In this document: piece by piece, positions 1 to 14,600 of the stretch
Layout of the letters: each line of letters opens with the position of its first letter
How positions within the stretch are numbered: the stretch's first letter is position 1
NCBI GenBank assembly: GCA_046563655.1
Contig: CM102290.1
Coordinates: 248,001-312,000 of the forward strand
Reading direction: 5' to 3'
Length of the DNA: 64,000 nt
Source: Yuukianura sp. NJ FZ-2021
Lineage: Eukaryota
Position numbers and translations under genes: made by a program
The notes under the pieces: model-generated
Seen by the model: only the letters and a program-made list of their open reading frames with translations
The model's database searches: none
What the model was told of the DNA's origin: nothing

Positions 1-481
1 GGAGGTTCCCCCCTCCTTAAACTTTTTTTACTCTAACTTTTCTATTTGATAGGTTAGGTTTTTGTGTGAGTTGGGTAAATAGTAGACGTGGAGGTGCACT
101 TGGGTTGAATTGTATTTCCAAACTTCCATACACTTTACAAAACACTTCCATTGAAAAAAAAATTTAGAGAGAGCTAAGGCTCCTTTGCTGGAGGGAACAC
201 AGTATACGGTAAGGAGGTTCTCGAGGGCGTCGAAGTAGGACAAGGCTCTCTTGGGTTGTAGTACTACACGTGGAACGAGCCTTTCAAACTACTTTTTACT
301 TATTCCCTTTCATCGGTTCAAAAGTTCAAACTTTTTCCGCCAAAAAAAAATAAAAAATAAGATACGAAAACCGGTTTGCGAACGCAGAGAAACTACCGGG
401 GGAAAGTTCGGGAAAAAAAAGCTTTTTCTCAGAGTTTTTGATATTTTTGTTGTCAATTTTTGTACATGCGTTTGAGTTATT

Positions 482-907
482 AAAAATTTGCTGATTGGGC
501 AAATGAGGAGACTGTTTTTTTTTAAATTACTTTCGCACGGGAAAATTTTGCTGTAGCAAAACTTTGTTGTACTGCAAATAAAATTTTGCTGTAGAGCAAA
601 GAAAATTTCTCTATATTTTAGAATGAAGGGTTTACATCTTGGGCAAACAAATTTTTTTGCTTTTGGTAGGTGATCATTTTTTTATTGGGAATTCAAAATT
701 TTTGCTACTGGGCAAGTAAAATTTTTTGCCGTCATGAAAATTTTTTGCTGTAAAAAAAGCAGCCTTTAGGTGGTTGGCAAGCAATTTTTTTTTGCTTTAG
801 CAGCTGACTATTTTGTTGTTGGAATTTCAGAATTTTTGGTCGTTGGGGAAGTAAAATTTTTGCTGTCAGGCTAAAATTTTTGCTGTCAGACTAAAATTTT
901 TTGCCGT
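482..907. repeat. Degenerate AAAATTTT(T)GCTGT repeat array with a ~135-bp higher-order duplication
   Basis: AAAATTTT(T)GC(T/C)GT recurs many times, and block ~640-752 resembles block ~775-886. Confidence 0.65.
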
Positions 908-3900
908 GGTGTGGATGCTTGGAGTAGTATATAGGGAGAGGTTTCTCTTTTGGTGAAAGTTGGAGCATCTTTGGTTAGTTTCTTGTAGGTAGGGAGGGAA
1001 TGTTTGACTGTTTCGAGCGTAGCCCAGGAAACTATGATTTGTTTTAGTGCAGGAGGGATCTGGAGGAGGAGGAAGAAAGTTTGTGCTGGGACGGGAGGCA
1101 AAGCACGTCTAGGATTTCTCCTCCAAGAACTTCTTGAACCTCATCCGTTTCCTTATGAAGTTGGGCTCATAAAAACCCAACCCTAAATATGAAACTCATC
1201 AAAATCGATTTCCCCAAATCCCTGACTTTCCACTTGCCCCCCTTTGAGACGGAAACGGAATATTTAATTAGCCTTGTCCCTAGGGACGGAGGGGGAGGGA
1301 TTTGGTCAGTTTGTGAAAGAGAGTGTGTAGTTAGAGAGAGAACGAAACCTACACTTTCTCTCTGAATAATAGATGATCAAAGTTCGTACTTTTCTTCTTC
1401 TTCGAGTACTACCAAAGTCTTATGCAAAGAAACAGACCAAAAGACCAACTTTTACTTTCTCTCTCACAAAAGTCTTGAAACCAATTTGAAAATTCCCGCT
1501 CTCTAGGCGCGTCCTGAGGGCGCATAGCATTTCCGTGTGAACAAACTATTAAGGGCCCCTACGCACTACTCTACCAACTTTTAGTCTAACATCTCCTACG
1601 CCCAGGAGCGTAGTGGACATCGTAAACCCCCCCCCCCCTACATCCAAGGGGGGGGGGGGGGTTTGGAGTTCAGGTCGATATCACATCAGGAGCAGCAAAA
1701 CAATCAATATGATACTATATATAGGCACTTCCGCCTACCTTACAGTACTAAAAATATGTTTTGAGTGTAGGCAAAAGTGTTTCAGATTTTGAATTTTTGG
1801 AAAAAAGGAGGGAAAAGTTCGAATTTGAACAAAATCGGAGTTGAATTGACGTGGAACTTGAGAGTGAAAGTTTCGATAGAGAAAGATAGAGAAAGTGAGC
1901 TGTGTTGCTCACTTTTTCTTGTGCTGTTTGAAGTTTATGTTTTTGAGTTTTTCGGCGTCTTTTTGGTTTTGAATTTTGGCGCCTTATGAAATGAAAGTTT
2001 TTGTGAATGTGGTAGTGAGATTAATGAAGTGAAAGTCCTATCAATAGGTCCATTTTATTAATTAATGATGAATTCATTTCTGTTTCATTCGAGAGTTTTC
2101 CCTGGTGAAATGCAGAAACCAATTCATTTGGTAGATTGAGTTGGACGGAGGAAAGAGAAAGGCGGCGGGAATTTTGAAAATGAAACTCATTTTTCCTTTT
2201 TGTGGCTTTTTGGTTCGTTAGGTTTCCGTTAGGCTGGGAGTGATTATGTTAGGTTGAAGGAGAGGAACAATGCACTGGTCAATGAGAACTCTTTGAAGAG
2301 CAACTTTTGTCAAAGGAGGGAGATTTTGAATAACATTCAGAGTCAAAATTAATTAATTTTGGCGGCAAAAGAGAATAAGGGTCTTTGAATTCCAAAAACT
2401 TGTGAATAACTATATGATTTGAAACTCGTTGACTTGAAATGCGTAAAGCACATTTTTTTAAAAAGCAATTTTAAATCTAGGATTCAAAATTTAGAGGTTT
2501 TCACGGAATTTATTTCAATTCTCTGAATAATTAAAAATTTGACTTTTTGAGCAGAAATTGGACATTGACTTTTGGAATTTTTTTTTTAAATTTTAACGTT
2601 TGAACAGAATTTGAAGTTTGAAAGTTTGGTATGCTTTTGGCGGAATGTTTCAAATTGAACAAAAATAGAGTTGTGCTTAGAGGGAGTTATTTTTTTTGAA
2701 AATGGAAAGAAAATAAGATTTTTTTTTTGTGTGAAAGTGAAACTAAAGATGGAACGGAAAAAAGTGCACGTTTTGGATTTTGTTTTTCGAGGAGAGTGAA
2801 TAGGATGATGTTGAACTCAACACATATGGATCCATCTGTCGAAATAAGTATAACCATCCCCCCACCATAACCCTCCTTTGGGGGTACCCATTTCGGTGTC
2901 CATTTGCCGAAGTCAAAGTGGATTGTGATGGTAGGGAAATTTTGTTAAGGAGCTCAACTGCAGGAGGGAGAATTTGAAATTACATTTTTGACCTCGTCGA
3001 ATCTAATTTTGGGAGGAGGAAACAAAGCTTTTAAACTGGTTTACTCCGGAGGAGGAAGACTTTACTCCGGAGCAAAACTTTTAACTCCGACTAGAAATGA
3101 TGACTTGAGTGTGTTATGTTACACTAAATGTAATTTTCCTCTTCTTTCGAACCCATTTGGACTCTGATTTTGAATTTTGGAGCCACAGAGAGATCAGGGG
3201 CTGAGATTGTGTCAAATGTTTCTATTATTGAGTTCCCTTTTGTTCTGGAGCTCCAAGGGAGACATTTAGGTGGAACAGAGCCCTTGGAATGAATTTGTTT
3301 CTAGAAGGGAGCCCTTGGATCAATTCCCGTCCCTTCAAAAAAGTTTGTTTCAAAAAAGAGTAGATTGAGGCCTATCTACTCTCTCCATCGCTTTCTATTC
3401 TCTCCTGCACAGTCTCTAATCCTCTCAAACAAAATGAGCCCTTGAATACTATTGGGGGCCCTTGTGATCTCACACTTTGAGAAATTTTGGGATTAAGGGT
3501 ACTACGTGAGGATGGGGTCAAGGTATGCTGCATCCAACGAGGAAACACCCTGATTTGAATGAGATCCGGGCTTAAGGGCCCCCCTCCCGCCCTTGGATTA
3601 AAAAAACTTGTTTTTTAAACCCACATTCATCTAAAAAGGGGCCCTTTTGATGCAATTGACAGTTGGAGATTTTTCTCAAGTCATGTTTTCAAGACAAGGA
3701 GATTTGAGCTGTTCGAAAAATGTTTTTTTAAAAGGATTTTTAAAAAAGTGGTGTAGAACAAGTTGTTTTTAATTTCAAATTTTCTGATACGAGCGGTGTT
3801 TTTTTTTTAAATTAAAACAGGCAACAGGTGAAGCTACACAAGTCAGATTTTGAAACATTGAAATTCTGGTCTGAAATTTTGAAAGTTTGTCTTTTTGTGA

Positions 3901-5441
3901 CTTTTTTGGAATTCGGTTTTCAAAAAATTGTCTTTTTCTGTCCCCCTGTTTATGGCGGGGGGAAATGTGAGATTGGAAGCATCCAATTTTTATGGGTTCC
4001 ATTTGAATTATCCGACTGTAAGTCATGGGTTTGGCTTTATTTTTGATTAAATTGGAAAGGGGGGGGGGACTTAGACGGAGGGGGCCTTTGGTCAGGGGAA
4101 GAAGCAGTGAGATGAATATGATCGACTCGGAGAGGCTTCTTCTCAATCCGAATTGAATGTGACTGATGAATCACCCGGGTAGTTTCAAACTTCCCCCTAC
4201 AAACTGCCAAGGGCTCCTTCCGTCGTAAAGTCCTCCTGCTGCTACGCTCCCTGTCCCTGTCCTTGGTGACTCTTCAACTGACAAACCACAGGCCCTTCAG
4301 TCCCCCCATGGTCCCTTTGGAATGAATCATAGGGGGGACTTTGCCCAAGTCTAATTGACAAACAGCTGCTTCCACTTACTTTGGACCAAAAATTGCAACA
4401 AACCGATTTGTACTTGCGACCAATTTCTGGCCTCATTCAGAACAAATTGGGAATGACAATGAAGTATGAACTAAGGGGGGGGGGTAGTTCATTGGGAAAA
4501 GAGATGGGGGGGGGGGTTTCTTGGAATCCCATTTAGTTGTTTGGTTCGTGTGAGGGACAATGGGCCTTAGCCCACAATTTCACTATGGTTTGTCAACAAA
4601 AGTACCCCCTCCCCTGCCCCCTTGTGACTCAAAAGCCTTTTGATTCGTTCTGGAGAGCCCCATTGAGTCAACATGCTGTAACTCACGGGGGCCCTTCAAC
4701 TTTAGAATTTGATCAACAGCAGCCCTTGGTGCTAAATTACTGCTCAAATCTCTTCTGCTAGTGACGCACGTCAACATACTCGGTGTTTGTCATAGTTAGG
4801 GAGCATGACGTAAGATTACCAACATAACACTAACTTATTAGCTTTACGCTAAACATAACCTAATCAGAAAATTTAGCCAGGGCGAATAACTTGATGTTAG
4901 GAGAAAGTGAAAATGGATGCCGAATTTTGGAGAAAAAAAGTTAAATTTTTCTTAGATTTTGGCTAGTTGAGAGGTAGTAGGTTGAGACGTAAAAAGCAGT
5001 ACTGTTGCTTAGCTGCCGGAGAGAAGGAAATATTGGCAGTATTTCCAGCACTACTTTGTAGTACTGGAGTAGTTTAGTTTTGTTATGTTTATGTTAGGAA
5101 GAAAGCAGGGGGAGCTTAATTTGGGCCTAATAATGAGGGAATGAAGAGAGATAGACCTAATTTGGGATCCAGTGGAAAATAAATAGGAATTAGATTGACA
5201 TTCTGTCAAGACGGCGCTGCTCCAAAAGCAAATTCTAACAGACTAACTTTCTCCAGAAAGTCCAAGGAATTAAGACAGAGACTTAAGGCACAGTCTATCT
5301 CCAAAGTATCACCTAACTTAGGTTCATCACAAAATCCACTTTTACTCTAACAGTATAAAAATTAGTTTTCCGTTTTACAAAAACTTCAAAATTTGAAACC
5401 GCCAGGGATCAATGTCATTTCCATAGGAAAAGAAAAGAGAA

Positions 5442-5632
5442 GAATTTTTGGACAGATTTAAAAAATGAGGTATTTCTGGACATATTTAAAAAGACGAATT
5501 TTTGGACAGATTTAAAGAACTCGAATTTTTTGACAGATTTAAAAAAAAACGATTTTTTGGACAGCTTTTATAAAAGGGCGAATTTTTGGAAATATTTTGA
5601 AAAGAGGGAATTTTTGGACAGATTTTGAAAAA
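5442..5632. repeat. ~28-bp degenerate minisatellite, 7 copies
   Basis: Core GAATTTTTGGACAGATTT plus an A-rich variable linker at ~5442, 5470, 5496, 5523, 5551, 5580 and 5608. Confidence 0.85.
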
Positions 5633-8600
5633 GAGAGTCTGAATTTCTAATTATGTTGTCATATGCGTGTCATCCGACGTATTCATTTCCAAGAGGGAAA
5701 GAAACAAACAAAAATGGCGGTTAGTTTTGAATGAGGTGAAAATGGGTTGTCAACGTTTGAAAGTCATTTATTTTTGGCGCCTTTTGAAATGTAATCTGGG
5801 AGCATGATCAGACGGAAGGAAGGGAGGTTTGAAATGTGGAATGAAATCATACAGTGGAGAAAGCACTTCAAATCATCTTCTGCATCATAGACAGAAAGTG
5901 GAGGGATGATTTAAAACATAGTTCACTTATGAATGTAGTAGTAACAGTGTCTTTTTTTGAATGAGTCATTCGAGGCACATGACCAACTTTTGAGAGGGGG
6001 AAAATTCAAAAAGAAATTTTTGGTTTTGGCCTCTAGTCAAATGAACACAAAATCAACAACTTTCCTCTCGGTTTCCGCCAATCTATAGTCGTAGTTGTCC
6101 AAAACGACAGAGAAACGTTTTTGACAAAAACGTTTTTTAAAAGTTTTGTAAGCTTTGCACTGACTTTGAAAAATTGAAAAAAAAAATCTCGTTTTTGAAA
6201 ATTTGATATTTTTGTGAAAATGTTTTTTGAAAGCAAGGGTTTCAGTTTTTGTGGGGTCGGGGCACGGCTACGACAGAATGTTGCAATAAATTTGTCGTAA
6301 GAAGAAATAGGAGGATATGGAATCTAATACTGTGCAAATCAAAAGCTATTAAGCGGGATTCTTTTTTTATTTGAATTTTGAAGGGGGGGGGGGGGGTTAC
6401 GTCCTTCGCCAGCAGCATAGAGGGGGGGATTTTTGTGGATTATTTTTGAAAAGTTGTAGAGGGGAAAGGGTTATATCCAATTTACACATTTCAAAACTGT
6501 TTTTTCGAGGAGGGATGATGATGGAGAGAATTCTTGTTTGTCAAAATTACAAATTAGACAAAATCCCACATGAATTTCAAATTTCATTTTTAGACTTTTT
6601 TCATTTTTGTTGAAAATGTGCAACTTATTTTAGGCAACATGTTTTTTTATACTTCGGAAAATGAAAATTTAGGACAGGTTAATTGAAAAATGGAAGCGAA
6701 TTTTATGAGTCGAATGAAATTGGGTTTCATTTTTATAGGAAACGCCATTAAAAGGACGTTACGACTTCAGTAAACTTTTTGGCGTAGTAAAATGTGCCAA
6801 AGGTTGACTATTTTGAAGCAAAAAGGAAAAGAAAAACTTATTTTTTTGAAAATGTTAGTTTCGACAACATATTTTGTTTTACAAATTAAAATGCAAAGCC
6901 CACAAAAAACCCGGGTTTCTATCCGGGATTTTTTTAAACAAGGGAAACCCAGCATGGCCCCCATTTTAGGAATCCATGAGTTTTTGGTTTGAAAGAGAGC
7001 TTGGGTGAATTTGAAATTTGAAATTCGTGAGTTTTTGTTAAAAGTAATTCGTTTCCAGTAGAACTAACTTTCTATTTATGAATTATGAGGGGGTTTCGGT
7101 AGTTGAAAGTCTCGTTGTTGGTGACATTGTCTACAATGAACATTATCCACCCTACAGTTGTGTACTCCAGCTGACGCCTCTTTGATGAATTTTTTTTTGA
7201 TAGCTGACCACTTTTTAATCACAAATTCAATTTTTGGACACGACAAGGTCGAAATGTCAAAGTAAAATAGGTTCAAAATAGCACGGCGAAAATAGAAACT
7301 GAATCAATTAGTAGTCATTGAAGACTTCACGTGCTACATCTCAACCCGCGTCATCAAAAGTCCACATTTATTTCTGGACACTAACTTGGAAAAGGAGTAG
7401 CAAAACTATTTTGGAAATGGTCCTTTTTGAAATTTAGTTTTCGAGGTGCGGAAAAATCCATTTTCGTGGGAATGATTAATAATGGTGGCCGCCTTTTGGT
7501 CGTCGTCGCTTATTTTCAACTTGTTTTTAGAACAAAGTGAATTCCATTCCCAATTGTTGTTCTAAATAATCTTGTTCTATTTTTTAAGGGGTCTGAGTTA
7601 AGGAGTCCTTGGTGACAAGCCCCCCCCCCACCGGTTGGGGGGATTTGTAGGGGGGGGGGTTCAGAATGGGCAGAATCAAAGGATAATTGGGACAAGACAG
7701 GGAGTGAGGAGTAAATAATTTCAGTTTAATTGACAAGTCTAAGATTAATGGTATGTTGAGGACTCCCTTAGTTGAAAGGCATGGGGGGAACGCTCGAGTG
7801 AGCGGGAACAGTGAGGCCTTTTTGGATTTTTGAATTTGAAACTGCTGAGCATGTGCAGTTCCTAGTCACTGATCGTTTACATTTAAAAAGGAAATGACTC
7901 ATTATGTCTGCCTCCATGAATTGGTTCTCCTCTCGGCCTCATCAGTAAGCAACAGCATGGGTGGTTTTCAGACGCCAAAACTTGCAAAAATACTTTCTTA
8001 AAAAATGTTTAAATTAAATGTTTGTAATATTAAAAAAAATCTTCTTTACTTTAGAAACGTTTGAAAACCGTGAAAGAGTTTGTTTAAAAAACACGCTATG
8101 CTGGGCGAAGTCTTTGCTATTAACAGCGTGTCTCACATCGCCCCAAGTTTGGTTAGGAAACACCTATGGCGGGAAAAAATTCAAATTCCATTTAGTATCT
8201 ATGGCAACATGTGAACATATCAGACACGTCAACTATACCTTTGCCACAGGCTACAATTTTTCGGATCCCGAAACGAAACTTTTTTTTTCAAAATTTTCCA
8301 AAATATCTTTCTCCTTTTTCAGTTTTGATGATTTTACGGTTATATGCTGGTTATAATTATAATAAATTAGTGTAGTTACTTATCCATACACTTTCTACTT
8401 TGCTTCCCACCCTCCTCCATGTCCATCTAATGGAAAATGGCGTTTTGAATCTGTTTCCTTGGAGATTGGTGAGTTGTGTCAGAAATCCATAGATGTAGGG
8501 GCAGGAAGAGCAGCAGGTTTCCTATTTCTTTTGTCAATTTCCATTTGGGGAGACGGATGCGGAAAGTGGAAGAAGAATAGAAGGGCCTTCTGTGTCCATT

Positions 8601-11600
8601 TCTTTGAATGGGATCAAGGGAGCTGTTGGCATGGAAACGGAGAGTTATGAAGAATCGGATCCCCCTCCATAGTCTTCTTCGAACTTTGCTTGGATCTATT
8701 CAGAAGGCGGAATTTGGGGTATTTAGAGACAAAAAGCGTTTTTGGCTTTAATAAGAATTCTCAGTGGGCAAGAATCAATTTTTGGCAAGGATAACTACCA
8801 TATCGACGGAATTAGGGGCGGCATAGCACAGTGAGAGCATGAGGATTCGTTTTGGCCCAAGGAACGAAGACAATGGACTTCAAAACGGAGCTTAATGAAT
8901 CATCCATTGACTCCCTCCTTCCAACTCCGGCTTTCTTGGCACTTGGCCTAATTCCTACTTCGCACAACGCTTTCTTCTTTCAAAATTTCCATTCATTCAA
9001 CAAAATTCTTATTCAGTACTTTTTAAAAAGAGAAGAAAAATGAGAAGAAACTTTTCTGTAGTAAAAGTACAACTCTGCTTTTCTGCGGTTTGCTAACAAC
9101 CTCCGCTCATAACTCAAACTTTGCTGATTTTGCCTTACGTGAAAAAAAGTTGTTCATATCAGCTTTCTACTTTTAGCATTTTTTAGTTTTTGGATTTTTT
9201 TAACGAAAACTTAAAACTTTACTATTTTGACGGAGGTTTAATTTTTTTTTCGGTTATGTATTTTTGACCTTGAAAGATTTAAAGTTCAAAACTTTTAGGC
9301 TCAAAGATTCAAAGTTTTTCGTAGTTTCGTATGCAAGTTTTAAGATTCAAAGTTTAGCGCCACTTTTTTTTTCGAAAAAGTTAAAGTAAGGTACGGCGCG
9401 TATCACATTACCCCAGTGGAGGCATTTGGCTAATTAGACGTTGTTCCATTAAGGAAATTGGGCTCAAGAAAACTGACTCCGTATCGATTTCCTTTGGTTG
9501 TTAACTTGTTGTGTAACTGGGAACAAGCTGATGTTATTTTTTCAAATTGGAAAAACGAGGGAAAAAACAAATTTTGATTTTGTTTTCCATTTTAGTAAAA
9601 AAAAAAAAAAGAAAGAGTCGTTTTCAGTTGAGGAACAGAAAAAGTGTAATTGGTTTTCTGCCCGGAAACAATGTGTTTGTACTATAAAGAGACGAAATGC
9701 AAAAGTAATTTGGAACAACTTTGTTTTTTTTCTTTTGTTTTTTGGTTTTTGTTACAATTTTGGATTGAATGGAATCACTTTATTTTGAGCCATTTGGAAC
9801 AAAAGAATTTAGAAAGTGTTTGGATGCTTAAAGTAGTTTTGGTGTGGCACCAAAACGCAAAGTCGATTTCGCAGTTTTAGTGAAATTCAAAATTGATTTT
9901 TCCCGCTCTTTTTTTTGAAACTTTCTCTACATGGGAAACTCTTATTGATTTGAATCACATTAGCAGCACCAACAAGAATGTTTTTTGGTTTTTATTATCA
10001 TCATCAGCAGCAGTGTGCTTGTGACTTTGGGTTCAGTTACACTCTTATACACTAGTAGATGACGACCGGGTTTTGCTGCGAGCTGTTTCCTCATTGGTTA
10101 ACGTTAGTTTGAAACGTTAGGCAGGCCGTAGTATTTGAAATGGACTTCATATATTGGCACTCCATCCTCCATTTGCAACATTTTGGCTTAATGGACTGGA
10201 AGGAACGACTTCACTTTCTCCAAATTGGACTTTCTCTTTCAGCTAAAAAGACTGTCTCTTCCCCTCTGCCTCGTCCAATGTTAACGAAATACTTAGAGCA
10301 GGAGAGGCGCTTTTTTCGAATTTGAATTTAAAACGGATAATTACATTTTAAAGTTCTAGAGAATTTTTGGAGAAAGCTGGAAATGTCAACCGGAAGTTGC
10401 ATTTGAGTGAATTTTAAGAAGAGAGACGAAGAGAGATCTCAGGGGAGAATTAAATTATTAATCATTAAAAGTTTCGACTCTCCCAGAGCAATTAAACGGA
10501 AAGGGAGGGGGGGTCTAGGTCTAAGCCCCCCCCCCCCATCGCAACACCCCCCTCTTTTTTGTTTAATTATTTCCCTGTCTCAGAAGATTTCCGCTCAACT
10601 TTTTCTTTAAAAAGCTTTTCCCATTTTACTGAACGCCCTTGACCTTGTGGTGAAAATGGTTCAAGGAATTTCTATTTTTAAAATTGGTTTTTAAAAAATC
10701 ACTTTTTAAAAAATTGGTTTTTAAAAGAATCAGTTTTTTGGTGAAAGTGAGCAAGAGAAAAGTTTGGGAAACTCAAATTGGGGATTCCTCGAAGAGGAAC
10801 GCAAACTTTTTAGAGTGTCAATTTTGGAGAGACAAATCGGTTGGCAAATCCAATTGCCGCTCAAACATTTATGTTGATTTATGGTCCACTGTAACTGTGG
10901 GAGAGAGGTAAGGAGGACCATGTAGGTTTTTGAAACTGTCGAAAACAACAAATTTCCTACCTCCCTCCCTCCCGGAGGTGGAGGAGGAGGGATCCTCCTC
11001 CTTGGAGGCTTATAGACATGAGAGGAAATATGAAATATTGGCACGACGTGGTTAGAAAGTCAAATTGTTCCAAACTTTGGAGGCCAACACCTTTTCTTAG
11101 GCAACTTTGAAACTAAATTTTACCTTTTAGTTTTAATACAAAAGTTAATATAATAATTAATAATATAATATTTTTCATATTATATTTAATTTGTACTGAG
11201 CTTCTTAACGGAGATTTAGTTTTTTCCGCTTCTTTTTTGGCGGGAAAATGAAATGGAGAGAGACAAATCGGATTGGATCGGAGGGTTAATGCTTTAATGC
11301 GATTGATGTGTGACCGGTCATGCCGGATTTTTTGTTCTTTGTTCGGCACAGGGTAACCGAGATCCGGTAAGTGATTGAAAGGCTATGGATTATGAAGGGG
11401 GGGGGGGGAGTAGGAGAAAGTGGGGGGGGGGGGAGAAAAACATCGAACTTGAAAAACTGGAAAAGTTTTTCAGTTTTTCAAAGTATTTTTTCGGAAGTGA
11501 AAGGGGCCCTTGAAATCCATTTCTGTTGAAAAAAGAAAACAAGAGACAGGCAATGAGTCATGTTTTGAACACAAAATGTACAGTGCGACCCAAAAGTTGT

Positions 11601-14600
11601 GTAGAAAATACAGTCTTTTAAGCACAAATATCTTTAAGTCCGGAAAAAATTGTTTTAACACGCATGAAAGCTATTTGAACAAGAAAAAGAAGCAACATTT
11701 TTCTAAAAACTTATTTTCAAAAAGTGTACAAACTGATGAGTGTATTTGCTCAAACGCCAAAAAAGGAAGTCCATTTTTTGGAAATCGGATTGTGTTTACC
11801 CATGTATACTCCCGCTCTCCAAATTTTTATTTGCACTTACTTTAAGTTTGGTAAGAAGGGGGCTTAAGGCCCCCCTTTTCCTGGCCACTTAAAGACCCTC
11901 CACATTTGGAGTTAAAGTAAAAAGTCCCCCTGTATAGGAAGGGGGGGGGGCTTTTTTTGAAGTTTGGGAGGGGGGACTTGAGGGGGAGAAAGACAAGGGA
12001 GTGAAGACGACCTGAAAATCCTCTTGGAAAAGACTTTGAAATCGATCAGGGAAACAACATTGCTTCCGCTCGTTCGCTTTTGAGCGAGAAGAGCACAAGA
12101 TGCTAAGCTCCTTTCTTTTTTAAAATATCAAATGAAGAGTTTTCTCCCGCTCATTCCCAGGGCTTAGAGAGAACCCATTACAAATGGAAAAGTTATAACA
12201 AGGCGCCACAAAATCTCCTTTTTTGAAAAAGACAAATTTTCAAGGCTTCAACTTTTTGAAATTTTTATTTGAAAGGAGATAGAGTACAACATGGTTATTA
12301 AAAAGTGTATTGAATTTACAACAATTTTGAAAGAAACCTAAAAACTTTTGATGAAAAGCCTTTGTGAGATTCATTTTTTTAAATTGAAACTGAAACGAGG
12401 GGAATTAAAAAGGATCGATTTGAAAAAAAAAATAACGAAACTGAGAAAAAATTTTCCTATCGGAAGATTGGAAAAATCGTTCTAACTTTTGGAACATGTT
12501 TTGAATTAAACCGGGAGTTTTTAATTTTTTGAAATCCAACTCCAATTTTTTGTCCAGTTTTCCTGTTTTTAAATTGAGTAATTTTGATTTTTTTTTTCGT
12601 TTTTGTGTTTGTTGGACTACTTTCTACTTTCTCCAAGCTTTTTTTTCCTCTAAAGTGCGTTGTGTTTCAAAATAACAGGGTTTCATACTGTTATACTGTT
12701 GCTTTTGCTGTTTCCTAGTAATTATGTCCATTAAAGGGGTGTAGGGGGGGGGGTTCAGAGGTAGGGGGGGTGGATTAGGTATTTTCTTCTCTAAAAGTTA
12801 ATTTGGGATAATCATAGGGTAAAGCACAGTAGAAAAGCAGCGCTTCCAAGTTCTCACCGACTTGTCCGCACCTTGTAATTAACGGAAAAGGGAATTGATT
12901 CTCTCCCGGGTGACACGGTCCGGAAACCGCTCCGAGTCACACGACGCCGCTCGCCCGCTTTCGGATAACGACCAGAATTCAAAAAATTCAAAAAACGTAT
13001 AGTTTATATCCGAAAGAACCTGAAAATTAAAATGCGACTTTTTGTTAGCTAATTTTGGCTGAAACGCGAGCCGTTTATCTCTGTTTTGACAACCAAATGA
13101 CCTTTGACCTCTGTGGGAAATTTGTTTTGAAGTAAGAAATTCCTGGAGAGTTGAGGGAAAGGATTCTGTTGAGTGAAGATAGTTTTTGAAAAAGGACGCG
13201 CTTTCTCATGAATATTTATAACGTCGTTGTCTATTTTTCGTCTCCATTTGAGCTTTTACTTTTTCTCTGCGGAAAAACAAACGTCGTTTTGTGGTTGGTT
13301 GTTAATTGGGTTCGGAAGTTTCCTTTAATCTCCACCCGGAGGAGCTCAAGTATCATTAGGCAGGACGAGAATTGGAACGTGGCGCCAAATTCAAAAGTGT
13401 TCTTTGGAGAAAGTAAAGGATTGTTAATATTTTTATCTCGTAGGAGAGACAGTTGTGTCTTTGTTGAATTCGGAGAGATATCTCCGACTCCCATTCCTCT
13501 TCGTCTTTCTTCCCACCACAAATGGAAAGTTGGAGACACACAAACTTTTTCCATGGGATCAGACACCAACTTCTTATAGGGTTCCTTCCAGCATTAAGAC
13601 TTAATCTCCCCAGTACTAATCCCCCTTTTTGCCCAGCTCTAAACACACAAAACCTTACTTTTCGCCCAGCTCTGCAAATTCTGGAAAGTTGCCTCTCAAT
13701 TGCAAGGAGAAAGCGCGAGGCGAATCCCTAATTTGTTTTTACGCAATACGGAAAATGGACAAGAAGTCGAGTTTTTGCCAAAAGTGAAAAAAAAATTCGG
13801 TGGTTTCACATTCACGTGGCTCTCTTTCTATCTTAGTATGCACATATAGGTGGCCAAGCAAGTTGTCGGTGGTATAGTAAATGGTTGGGGAAGTGGTCGG
13901 TGGTGTAGCAAGTGGTCGGTGGCATCGCAAATTTTGGAGTTTTTGTCGTATCATCCAATTTGACCTCAGAAATGGCAAGTTTGCAAAACAACAAGGAATT
14001 CTTTCTCTTTTTTTTTCGTTTTTAACTTTCCTTCTTTTCTTTTTTTTTTACTTTTTGCGCTGTTTAGTGCTTCACTTTTTTGCGTCGTTTTGAGTAACTT
14101 TTGAACTTTAGAATGTTGTGGCCTTGTCGTTATAATGCTCATTGACTTTTGTATTTGTTCTCAAGAAAACGGAAGGGAGTCGTAAGGGCTCCTGTCAAGT
14201 GTAGCGTTTTATGAGTCGCTTTTGTGTGTGTTACGCTCTGTATGAGGGGGCATTAGAGCCTCAGAAAATAAGCCGTTTTACGGGAGAGAGGGAAAGTTTG
14301 AACGATTTCAAAAGTAGTGAAAGTGGTTCTCCTAGGAAATTAACTGTAAAACTTTGGGAAGAATCCCTTTGATGTTCTTATTCTCTTCCTGGGATGGATT
14401 GAGCCCATTCCAAGGTTGGATTTAACTGAGGGGCCCTTAAGGACCACTTCCGCAAAGAGTGGCACTGCAAGATTCCCCATTTCCAAACTTTTACTTTTAT
14501 AAAGAAAAAAAATGTGAAATGACCTCCCTCAGCGTCTCTTCCCCTCCATTAGGTCAAACAAAATGTCAACTAAAAGGTCACTCAGGTGTAAAGCGTGATT

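Noticed and set aside
5442..5632. CRISPR-like look (conserved core with variable linkers)
   Set aside because: Linkers are only ~10 nt and mutually similar, the context is eukaryotic and no cas genes are present; it is a minisatellite.
13208..13731. Several overlapping ORFs on both strands
   Set aside because: No recognisable motifs or convincing splice sites; the composition matches intronic DNA.
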